DNA of 64,000 nt. Origin: Chitinophagaceae bacterium (GTDB taxonomy: Bacteria; Bacteroidota; Bacteroidia; Chitinophagales; UBA10324). Where the stretch lies: the NCBI GenBank assembly GCA_947469485.1, contig CANIPU010000016.1:395-64394 (forward strand). The letters run 5' to 3'. Within the stretch, counting starts at the first letter, position 1; each line of letters starts with the position of its first letter. A model generated the notes under the pieces. It was not told the DNA's origin and did no database searches. It saw nothing but the letters and a program-made list of their open reading frames with translations. Below, piece by piece: positions 1 to 8,278 of this stretch. The translations under genes were made by a program, and so were the position numbers.

Positions 1-306
1 TATATAATTAACTGCCGTCATATTGCGTTGTTTAAAAAACAAAAACATAAAAAAAGCCTGGTATTAAAATCGGGAGTTGAAATTCCATTGTCGCGCCGCA
101 TTTTTCATTGATCCGAAGTTGTTTTACTGAAATAAAATATGCAGGCAAGGTATGCGCGCTTGTTTTTTATGCGGTACCATTCACTACATGAATTATACTG
201 TTAAATTGAAATTTGTATAGCTGGTTACTTAAAAGTTACCGTTGGTTGCGGTGTCTGTAAAATTGCATTCTTAAAAATTTTAAAAACAAAAACCAAAACC
301 AAGCTT

Positions 307-924
307 ATGAAAAAATCTTCAGTAATCATTAACTACAAAAAATTCCGCCAGGCGGAGATAGGCCCAATTGCACAGGGTGTGCACGATTCGCTAACCGGCA
401 ATTCCGATTTTCCATCGCCGCCCGTTGCGCTCAATACTTTTCTAACACTTATTACTACTTTTCTGGCAAAGCTTGCCGCTGCTTTTCATGGCACTGTGGC
501 GCAAACCGCCGAAAAAAATGTGGCGAAGGATGACCTGCTTACAGCCATGCGCTCCAATGCGGTTTATGTAAACACAACTGCAAATGGCGATGAAGTAAAA
601 CTTGCCGGCAGTGGTTATGTGTTTGCAAAAACTCCGCAGCCAAGGGGGCCATTTGAAGTGCCTAAAAAGTTTACTGTTTTAGCCGACAGGCAACCCGGTC
701 GCGCCAATATTGATTTTGGTGCCATGAACGGTGCGGCATACATGGTGCGCATTACAAACGATGTAGGTGTTGACCGCAACCTGTGGCCTACCACCATTGA
801 TACACGGCGTAGTTTTTATATTGAAGGGCTTAAATCAGGTGAACGCTACACAGCCATTGGCGCATATAAGGGCACCAGCAATGAACTGAAATTTACCAAT
901 CCGGTGGAAGTGGTAATACAGTAA
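307..924 (+). CDS. hypothetical protein (helical N-terminal half, beta-rich FN3-like C-terminal half)
   Basis: 205-aa ATG ORF followed 27 nt later by a strong hairpin terminator. No family recognised by eye. GC content is clearly higher than most of the window. Confidence 0.6.
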   Translation: MKKSSVIINYKKFRQAEIGPIAQGVHDSLTGNSDFPSPPVALNTFLTLITTFLAKLAAAFHGTVAQTAEKNVAKDDLLTAMRSNAVYVNTTANGDEVKLAGSGYVFAKTPQPRGPFEVPKKFTVLADRQPGRANIDFGAMNGAAYMVRITNDVGVDRNLWPTTIDTRRSFYIEGLKSGERYTAIGAYKGTSNELKFTNPVEVVIQ

Positions 925-950
925 CAATACCCAAAAGATTGTTGTATTAA

Positions 951-980
951 AAAAGCAGGAAAAAATTTTCCTGCTTTTTT
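951..980 (+). terminator. rho-independent terminator
   Basis: Stem agcagga (954-960) pairs with tcctgct (969-975). It is flanked by an A-run and followed by a T-run (975-980), just after the stop at 924. Confidence 0.7.
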
Positions 981-1057
981 AATGATACCTTTGAGTTAAG
1001 TAAGAATCATATTGTATTTGTTTAACCTGAAATTTAAATTATAGTTTAAACATTTAC

Positions 1058-1231
1058 ATGCCCGAAACCGATAAGTATAAAAGCTGCCGCAGTTGCGGTG
1101 CTGAAATTGCGAAGAATAGTGATACCTGCAAGTATTGCGGTGCCTGGCAGAAATCTGTTATATGGAAGGTTGTGGTGCTTTGTCTTGTTTTTGCAATTTC
1201 CATTTATATACTGCGACACCTGCCAAAATAG
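1058..1231 (+). CDS. small zinc-ribbon membrane protein (57 aa), absent from ORF track
   Basis: Hand translation gives MPETDKYKSCRSCGAEIAKNSDTCKYCGAWQKSVIWKVVVLCLVFAISIYILRHLPK*. It has two CxxC pairs 10 residues apart followed by one hydrophobic helix. It explains the locus better than the three mutually overlapping track ORFs at 1046-1403. Confidence 0.55.
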   Translation: MPETDKYKSCRSCGAEIAKNSDTCKYCGAWQKSVIWKVVVLCLVFAISIYILRHLPK

Positions 1232-1345
1232 AATTGAAGCAGGGTGTGTTCTGAAAATGATAAGTATCATGTTTCAGTAAAGCATAAATCATAAATAATT
1301 TTATAGAGTAGGGTGAGTTTTGTGAAAACAAAAACCCCGTATAAA

Positions 1346-1744
1346 ATGAAACACGATAATCACAAGAAACTGGCAGGTGTGTGGATTGACCATTCTGAAG
1401 CATTAATGGTTACTACCGAAGACCATAAAAATCATGGTGAGTTTGCCATACGCGAAAAAATACACGCAAGTCATCATTCATCATCGGGTGGCGAACACCG
1501 CCATCATAATGCCGAGCAAGGCGAGTTGCACCATTACCTGAAAGCAGTGGCCGAAAAACTGAAGGAGTTTGACGAGATATTATTGATTGGTCCGGGCAAA
1601 TCGCAAGAGCAATTAAAAAACCTGATGGCTGCCGACCAGCATTTCAGCAACAAAAAAATAAGTATTGAATCGGCTGAGCGGTTAACCGAAAATCAGTTGA
1701 ATGCGCATATGAAAAATCATTTTCAGCATTTAATGCACAACTGA
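1346..1744 (+). CDS. His-rich hypothetical protein (possible host-attachment/eRF1-domain-like fold)
   Basis: The track ORF begins at GTG 1313; the first in-frame ATG is at 1346 (MKHDNHKK). It carries a His-rich stretch HASHHSSSGGEHRHHNAEQGELHHY and a segment FDEILLIGPGKSQEQLKNL. A strong terminator follows. Confidence 0.6.
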   Translation: MKHDNHKKLAGVWIDHSEALMVTTEDHKNHGEFAIREKIHASHHSSSGGEHRHHNAEQGELHHYLKAVAEKLKEFDEILLIGPGKSQEQLKNLMAADQHFSNKKISIESAERLTENQLNAHMKNHFQHLMHN

Positions 1745-1765
1745 TTTATAGCTTGGTTAAAAATT

Positions 1766-1798
1766 AAAAAGCCCCGGAGAATTTCTCAGGGGCTTTTT
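1766..1798. terminator. bidirectional rho-independent terminator
   Basis: Stem gccccggaga (1771-1780) pairs with tctcaggggc (1784-1793) with one mismatch. It has an A-run upstream and a T-run downstream, and sits between convergent genes. Confidence 0.7.
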
Positions 1799-1836
1799 GG
1801 TTTTAATGTTTAATCAGTTTAAAAGTTTGAGTTTGG

Positions 1837-2340
1837 TTAATCATCATCACCTTGCTCCGATGTATTTGTTTCATTAGCCGGATTATTTACTACAGTTGAA
1901 TTGCTTCTGATTTCGGTGTGTCGTATTTGACCACCCAGGTATGCAGTGCGCCCCATCAGGCCGAATGATACAATTCCAGAAATCAATGCGATAAGAACAA
2001 ATGTTTTTGAAAATGGATTATTAACGATTTGCAGTCCCAGCGTTATAAGCGCAAATACACCTGTAAGCATCATTACCCAGAAAGCCACTTCAGCAGCTTC
2101 TTCGTGTGACTCTATTATGGATTCTACAACCCCCGGAAGATTTTCAACTGCTTCTTCAGCTGGTTCTCCTGTAAGGAAAACCGGTATTGCAATTAATGTC
2201 ATTACTACTATTGTTGCTAATGACACTTTTTGAATATTTATGTTTTTTATTAAAAGCCCGTATAGCAAAATCATTGTTCCGATTAATGTACCGATTACAG
2301 GAAAGTGATTGAGCAATAAGTGCGCGTGTGTGCTATTCAT
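1837..2340 (-). CDS. integral membrane protein (DUF2231-like, about 4 TM helices)
   Basis: 167-aa ORF with N-terminal HLLLNHFPVIG, four hydrophobic helices and an acidic tail. Confidence 0.65.
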   Translation of the reverse strand: MNSTHAHLLLNHFPVIGTLIGTMILLYGLLIKNINIQKVSLATIVVMTLIAIPVFLTGEPAEEAVENLPGVVESIIESHEEAAEVAFWVMMLTGVFALITLGLQIVNNPFSKTFVLIALISGIVSFGLMGRTAYLGGQIRHTEIRSNSTVVNNPANETNTSEQGDDD

Positions 2341-2429
2341 AATTAGTTTTATTTAAAAGATTTATTAATGGAAATTCAATTCAACCATTCAGCAAATTCA
2401 GCAGGCAGAATATGTTGCCTGATAAAAAG

Positions 2430-2804
2430 TTATTTGGGTGGTTGCCAGATATTGAACAGACAGGAAGTTATAATCAATTCAGTAAATGAAATTTTCAATT
2501 CGTTTACTGTTTCAGATATTAATAGCAAAGACCTTTGCTCTAATGTATATGGAGTAAAATGTGAGAAGTAGCTTTGGAATGATTTAAACGGTAACTGCGA
2601 ATCTTCGTTTTTATCCTTTTCAGATTCTGGTTTCTGATTAAGTATGTAATGCTTATACATAAAATCAAAAACCCCGTCAGCGGGATGCTGCATTTTATGC
2701 TGGTAGTAATGTTGCTTCAGGTGCGGAACCTTAGCCAGCTCATCAAAATGTAATGAACCACCGATAATTGATGTTATCAGAAATATGGCTAAAACCTTTT
2801 TCAT
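2430..2804 (-). CDS. secreted hypothetical protein
   Basis: The internal ATG at 2804 gives MKKVLAIFLITSIIGG, which looks like a signal peptide. The protein is His-rich (HLKQHYYQHKMQH). No family recognised. Confidence 0.55.
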   Translation of the reverse strand: MKKVLAIFLITSIIGGSLHFDELAKVPHLKQHYYQHKMQHPADGVFDFMYKHYILNQKPESEKDKNEDSQLPFKSFQSYFSHFTPYTLEQRSLLLISETVNELKISFTELIITSCLFNIWQPPK

Positions 2805-3015
2805 GCTATTGAAACAAAATCTCATCACTTCATTACACAGAATTCAATTCTGTAATGTAAAGTTCCATGCATATTCATTTTTCAGGCATGAGATTAATCA
2901 GTTTTGTCACCAATTTTATTAAAGGTTTAGATAACTGAATAATACATTGATACTTCCTGCAATTTTACTTATGCTGGATTTTTGTCTGGAACAAAAGCAA
3001 ACGAAATTAAAAGGG

Positions 3016-4638
3016 TCAGTACATCTGACTTCGTAACTCCTTCACTTTTTTATCATTAATGTACTCATCAAAATCCATGAGGCGGTCAATAATTCCATTG
3101 GGAGTAATTTCAATAATACGGTTGGCAACAGTTTCCATAAAAGTATGGTCATGTGAAGTAAGCAACACAATGCCCGGGAAACTCTGACAGCCTTCGTTAA
3201 AACTTTGTATGCTTTCCAGGTCGAGGTGATTGGTTGGCTGGTCGAGAATTATCACATTCGGGTTTTGCAGCATCATGCGGCTAATCATGCATCGCACTTT
3301 TTCGCCACCGCTCAGCACATTGGTTTTTTTATTTATATCATCACCACCAAATAACATTTTTCCTAAATACCCGCGAATGAAAGGTTCATCGGCATCAGTA
3401 ATGTAAGATGGAACAAACTGCCGCAGCCAATCCATCAGGTTTAAGCCCGAATTAAAAAACGATTCGTTTTCCTGAGGCAGGTATGCTTTGTAAACAGTGG
3501 TACCCCATTCAAATTTTCCATTGTCGGCTTTTACATCGCCGTTTATAATTTCAAAAAAGGTGGTAACAGCCAGCGGATCCTTGCTCAGTATGGCAATCTT
3601 TTCTCCTTTATGAATGCTGAACGAAACTTTATCAAACAGTTTTCTTCCGTCAACTGATTTTGAAAGATGATCAACATTTAAAATCTGATTTCCTACTTCG
3701 CGAAGTGGATTGAAAATAATGCCCGGATACTTACGGTTGCTTGGTTCAATTTCGTCAATGTTTAATTTTTCCAAAGCTTTCTTTCTGCTGGTTGCCTGGC
3801 GGCTCTTACTTGCATTGGCCGAGAAACGCGCAATAAAATCAAGCAATTGCGCACGCTTTTCTTCAGTCTTTTTATTTTTATCGTTCAGTTGACGGGCTGC
3901 TAACTGACTACCCTCGTACCAGAAACTATAATTACCGGTGTAAACTTTTATTTTACTCTTGTCAACATCGGCCACATGCGTGCAAACAGTATCAAGAAAG
4001 TGACGGTCGTGGCTTACCACCAATACAATGTTTTCATAATCAGCTAAAAAATTCTCCAGCCATATAATGGTTTCAATATCCAGTCCGTTTGTTGGCTCAT
4101 CCAGCAATAAAATATCCGGATTACCGAACAAGGCCTGTGCAAGTAACACCCGCAGTTTAAAGTTACTCGGAATTTCTTTCATCAATGACTGATGAAATTC
4201 TTCCTTCACCCCAAGTTCACTTAAAAAGGTAGCAGCATCGCTCTCGGCCGTGTATCCGCCCATTTCGCCAAACTCTGCTTCTAAATCACCGGCTACCATA
4301 TAATCTTTTTCAGTAGCATTAGGGTCGGCATAAATGGTGTCTTTAATCAGTTGAACCTCCATCATTTTTTTATGCCCCATCATCACAGTATGCAACACGG
4401 TGAATTCATCGAACTCAAACTGATTTTGTTTTAAAAAACTCATCCGCTCGCCTTTACCAACCTCAACAGTTCCTTTATTGGGTTCTATCTCTCCGCTCAG
4501 TATTTTTAAAAATGTACTCTTTCCGGCACCATTAGCTCCAATTACACCATAACAATTGCCCTTTGTGAAAGCGATATTAACTTCGTCAAACAGCACCCGC
4601 TTACCATAACTTAATGAAATATTTCTTGCACTTAACAT
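3016..4638 (-). CDS. ABC-F family ATPase (two NBDs, no TMD)
   Basis: Start taken at Met60 of the track ORF (MLSARNISLSYGK). NBD1 has Walker A GANGAGKST and Walker B LLLDEPTNGLD. NBD2 has signature LSGGEKVR and Walker B ILDQPTNHLD. A charged linker (KNKKTEEKRAQL) lies between the two NBDs. Confidence 0.9.
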   Translation of the reverse strand: MLSARNISLSYGKRVLFDEVNIAFTKGNCYGVIGANGAGKSTFLKILSGEIEPNKGTVEVGKGERMSFLKQNQFEFDEFTVLHTVMMGHKKMMEVQLIKDTIYADPNATEKDYMVAGDLEAEFGEMGGYTAESDAATFLSELGVKEEFHQSLMKEIPSNFKLRVLLAQALFGNPDILLLDEPTNGLDIETIIWLENFLADYENIVLVVSHDRHFLDTVCTHVADVDKSKIKVYTGNYSFWYEGSQLAARQLNDKNKKTEEKRAQLLDFIARFSANASKSRQATSRKKALEKLNIDEIEPSNRKYPGIIFNPLREVGNQILNVDHLSKSVDGRKLFDKVSFSIHKGEKIAILSKDPLAVTTFFEIINGDVKADNGKFEWGTTVYKAYLPQENESFFNSGLNLMDWLRQFVPSYITDADEPFIRGYLGKMLFGGDDINKKTNVLSGGEKVRCMISRMMLQNPNVIILDQPTNHLDLESIQSFNEGCQSFPGIVLLTSHDHTFMETVANRIIEITPNGIIDRLMDFDEYINDKKVKELRSQMY

Positions 4639-4793
4639 TAATGATTTTTTTTGAGGCCGCGAATGTAAGGGGCAATTGGTATTTAAAGTGCCTGAGCTTA
4701 AATATTGGTAAACATTAAGGCGAAAATTGTTGTTGAAAGACTGAATAAAATATAATGATACTTTTAACGCCTTAAGTGATAAAAAACAGAATA

Positions 4794-5720
4794 ATGCAAA
4801 CAATTTTAGGGGCAAACGGAACTATTGCAACAATTTTGGCTAAAGAATTAAAAGCATATACCAGCCAGATCAGATTAGTAAGTCGCAATCCAAGAAAAGT
4901 TAATGAAACAGATGAATTGTTCCCTGCCGACCTTTCTGATTCAGCACAGGTTGAAAAAGCAATTGCCGGTTCTGAGGTTGTTTACTTGTTAGTCGGGTTT
5001 GATTATAACATTAAGGTTTGGCAGGATAAATGGCCCAAACTGATGAAAACAACTATTGATGCCTGTATAAAACATAATTCAAAACTGGTTTTCTTCGATA
5101 ACATTTATTCATTGGATATTAAAGAAGTCGGCAACATGACTGAAAACTCAGCCCTGAATCCACCAAGTAAAAAAGGAATGGTTCGAAAGGAAATTGCTGA
5201 TATGTTGTTGAATAAAGTGAAGGAAGGAAAGTTAACGGCACTTATTGCCCGTGCCGCCGATTTTTATGGACCTGATAATGAAAAAAGCATGCTGATTGAA
5301 ACGGTTTATAAAAACATTAAAAAAGGAAAGAAGCCCAACTGGTTTTCTGATGCTACTAAAAAACATTCGTTTACCTATACCCCTGATGCAGCAAAAGCAA
5401 CTGCAATTTTAGGAAACACTCCTGATGCCTATAATCAGGTGTGGCATTTACCAACCGATAAAAACCCGATTACAGCAAACGAAATAATTGCGTTATTTAA
5501 TAAAGAAATGAATGCATCAAAAACTGTTTCGGTGCTACCTGTTTGGTTAATGAAAGTGCTTGGAATATTTATACCTTTTATGAGAGAAATGCCTGAGATG
5601 GCATATCAATATGATCGTGATTATTATTTCGATTCTTCAAAATTCTCAAAGCGATTTGATTTTAAAACAACATCATACAGCGATGGTGTAAAACAAACTG
5701 TTGCTCAAACAAAAAATTAA
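4794..5720 (+). CDS. NAD(P)-dependent epimerase/dehydratase-type SDR (atypical)
   Basis: Rossmann motif ILGANGTIAT at the N-terminus when started at ATG 4794. Length is about 308 aa. Confidence 0.75.
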   Translation: MQTILGANGTIATILAKELKAYTSQIRLVSRNPRKVNETDELFPADLSDSAQVEKAIAGSEVVYLLVGFDYNIKVWQDKWPKLMKTTIDACIKHNSKLVFFDNIYSLDIKEVGNMTENSALNPPSKKGMVRKEIADMLLNKVKEGKLTALIARAADFYGPDNEKSMLIETVYKNIKKGKKPNWFSDATKKHSFTYTPDAAKATAILGNTPDAYNQVWHLPTDKNPITANEIIALFNKEMNASKTVSVLPVWLMKVLGIFIPFMREMPEMAYQYDRDYYFDSSKFSKRFDFKTTSYSDGVKQTVAQTKN

Positions 5721-5836
5721 AACAATACTTATTCAACTGGGCATTTAGCATTGGTTGAAACAGGATTTCCTAATTATTATTTCAAAGGGAACTGTAACCT
5801 TTTGTCTTTTCTGCATTTATTAATTAAACAAAATGT

Positions 5837-8188
5837 ATGAAAAGAATTGTCTTGAGTGTTATATCACTCATTTTATTGCAAACAGCAAGCGCTCAGCAAT
5901 TGAAGCAGGTTTTGCGAGGTCAGATTATTGATAAACAGGTAAAGAATCCATTGATCGGGGCAACATTAATTATTTCTTCAACTCCAACCCTTGGTTCCTT
6001 CACTGATGAGTCCGGTTTTTTCAGGATCGACAATGTTGCTGTTGGAACTTATACCATAACTGTAACTTATGTTGGATACAAACCTACTGTAATTCCTAAT
6101 GTTATAGTGAGCTCTGGAAAAGAAAGTGTTTTAACAATTGAGATGGAGGAAAGTGTTATGGAGGGAAATGAAATTGTTGTTACAGCTGATAAACGAAAGG
6201 ATTTACCACTGAATGAAATGTCTGCAGTGAGTACCAGAACATTTTCGGTGGAAGAAACTCAGAAGTATGCAGCGGCCGTAAATGATCCGGCGCGAATGGT
6301 TACCTCATATGCTGGTGTAACAGCACCTGATGATGGAAATAATAAATTGGCTATTCGTGGGAATTCTCCCAATGGATTGTTATGGAAAATGGAAGGGGCA
6401 GATATTCCTAATCCAAATCACTTTTCTGATGTTGGAACCTCAGGAGGAGGGGTTTCAATTTTAAGTGCACAACTACTTTCTAATTCAGATTTTGTATCCG
6501 GTGCATTTGCTGCAGAATATGGAAATGCATTATCCGGTGTTTTTGATTTGAAATTAAGAAAAGGAAACAATGAAAAAAAAGAATGGACTGCTCAGGTAAA
6601 TGTACTGGGATTAAACCTTGCTGCCGAGGGGCCATTTGCTAAAAATTACAACGGATCTTATTTAATCAACTATCGGTTTTCTACGCTCGGTATTTTAAGC
6701 AAGATGGGAGTTTTAGGTTTGGGTAATGCCACTACTTTTCAGGATTTAGCCTACAACATTTTTTTGCCAACAAAAAAAGTGGGGTACTTCAGTTTGTTTG
6801 GGTTTGGAGGATTGAGCGGACAGAAATTTAATGTGTCAAAAGATTCCTCATTGTGGGAACATTTTTATGACCGTTTTGGCGGTAAGTTTTATGCAAATAC
6901 CGGTCTGGCCGGATTTACACACTCTTATATTTTTAATTCAAAAGCTTATCTGAAAACAACCTTTTCAGTTTCTGATGCTAAAAACGGATACCAGCAGATT
7001 TTTACAAGCGATGAATACAAACCATTTGTAACGGTCGATAATAAATACAGTCAGCAAAAGCAAACTATTTCATCATTGCTGAATTATAAATTCACCTCTA
7101 AATTATCGTTAAGGACCGGAGTAATTCAATCGCGATTACAGTATTCATTAAACACGGCCAATGCAGAAACTCCAGGTGGTGAATTGAATGTAACTGTAAA
7201 CGAAAGTGGTTACACATTTACAACACAATCATTTGCACAATTTCAATTTCATGCAAATGATAAATTAACAATTAATGCCGGAGCACATTATTTATTGCTT
7301 TGGTTAAATAAGGTGCAATCAATTGAGCCCAGGGCAAGCATTAGCTGGGATATTTCTGAAAAACAAAACATTAGTTTAGGATATGGAATGCACAGTCAAA
7401 TGCAACCCTTGGGATCATGTTTTGCTCAGCAAACAAATTCAGCAGGAGAAATTGTATTCCCTAATAAGAATATTGATTTTTCAAAAGCAAATCATTTAGT
7501 GTTTTCTTATAATTTTTTAATCACACACGATTTTCGAGTAAGAAGTGAGTGGTATTATCAGCAATTATTTAATATTCCTGTTACTAAAGATTCAGCAACT
7601 TCCTTTTCAATGTTGAATCAGGCTGACGGTTTTGTAACAGAAGCTTTAGCAAACAAGGGTACCGGCAAAAACTATGGTACTGAGTTAACTCTTGAAAAAT
7701 TTTTAAGCAACCGCTATTATTTTATGTTGTCTCTGTCGCTATATGAATCCAAATACAAAGGTTCTGATAATATTGAGCACGATACCCGATATAATGGAAA
7801 TTACTCTGGTACATTCACAGGAGGAAAAGAATTTGTACTTTCTAAAAAAACTGAAAACACTTTGCTTGGAATAAATGCAAAAGTGATTTATACCGGAGGA
7901 TTCAGATACACACCTATAAATCTCGACGAATCAAAATTACAGGAAACAACTGTTGTATTTGAGGAACTGGCTTATTCAAAAAGAAATACTGATTATTTCA
8001 GAACTGATATTCGTTTAAGTTTAAAAATTAACAGGTCAAAACAAACGAGTACATTCTCTGTTGATTTGCAAAATGCTACCAATAGAAAAAATGTATATGG
8101 AAGTTATTTTGAACCTAATTCTTCATCGTTAGTCACTTATTTTCAAACATCTTTAATTCCTGTGATAGGATATAAGATTGAGTTTTAA
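5837..8188 (+). CDS. TonB-dependent receptor with carboxypeptidase-regulatory-like N-terminal domain
   Basis: Signal peptide, then a CarboxypepD_reg-like segment (LRGQIIDK...GTYTITVTYVGYKP), a plug-like region (AIRGNSPNG...MEGADIPNPNHF) and a long beta-rich barrel ending in the aromatic residue ...GYKIEF. Confidence 0.85.
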   Translation: MKRIVLSVISLILLQTASAQQLKQVLRGQIIDKQVKNPLIGATLIISSTPTLGSFTDESGFFRIDNVAVGTYTITVTYVGYKPTVIPNVIVSSGKESVLTIEMEESVMEGNEIVVTADKRKDLPLNEMSAVSTRTFSVEETQKYAAAVNDPARMVTSYAGVTAPDDGNNKLAIRGNSPNGLLWKMEGADIPNPNHFSDVGTSGGGVSILSAQLLSNSDFVSGAFAAEYGNALSGVFDLKLRKGNNEKKEWTAQVNVLGLNLAAEGPFAKNYNGSYLINYRFSTLGILSKMGVLGLGNATTFQDLAYNIFLPTKKVGYFSLFGFGGLSGQKFNVSKDSSLWEHFYDRFGGKFYANTGLAGFTHSYIFNSKAYLKTTFSVSDAKNGYQQIFTSDEYKPFVTVDNKYSQQKQTISSLLNYKFTSKLSLRTGVIQSRLQYSLNTANAETPGGELNVTVNESGYTFTTQSFAQFQFHANDKLTINAGAHYLLLWLNKVQSIEPRASISWDISEKQNISLGYGMHSQMQPLGSCFAQQTNSAGEIVFPNKNIDFSKANHLVFSYNFLITHDFRVRSEWYYQQLFNIPVTKDSATSFSMLNQADGFVTEALANKGTGKNYGTELTLEKFLSNRYYFMLSLSLYESKYKGSDNIEHDTRYNGNYSGTFTGGKEFVLSKKTENTLLGINAKVIYTGGFRYTPINLDESKLQETTVVFEELAYSKRNTDYFRTDIRLSLKINRSKQTSTFSVDLQNATNRKNVYGSYFEPNSSSLVTYFQTSLIPVIGYKIEF

Positions 8189-8278
8189 AATTCAGAAATA
8201 AATATGTTATAACATTCGGAGTTCAGTTTGAATTTCATTTTTATTTCCATTTTTTTATTTTTCTATCTTGCACCTCGA

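Noticed and set aside
1-306. Left-edge non-coding stretch examined for tRNA, riboswitch or terminator
   Set aside because: No cloverleaf-like arms or conserved riboswitch cores were recognised. There is only a weak caag/cttg hairpin before a T-run (~145-170), which is too weak to call.
1046-1403. Three mutually overlapping 60-81-aa ORFs on both strands (1046-1270 minus, 1098-1280 plus, 1158-1403 minus)
   Set aside because: They overlap each other and have no coherent features. The 57-aa zinc-ribbon ORF at 1058-1231 and the downstream 1346-1744 gene explain the region better.
4639-4815. 59-residue N-terminal extension of the ABC-F ORF (the track gives 599 aa)
   Set aside because: The extension (MPLKLFALFCFLSLKALKV...) has no ABC-F-like features and would overlap the start of the divergent SDR gene. 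Met60 (MLSARNISLSYGK) sits the normal distance before Walker A.
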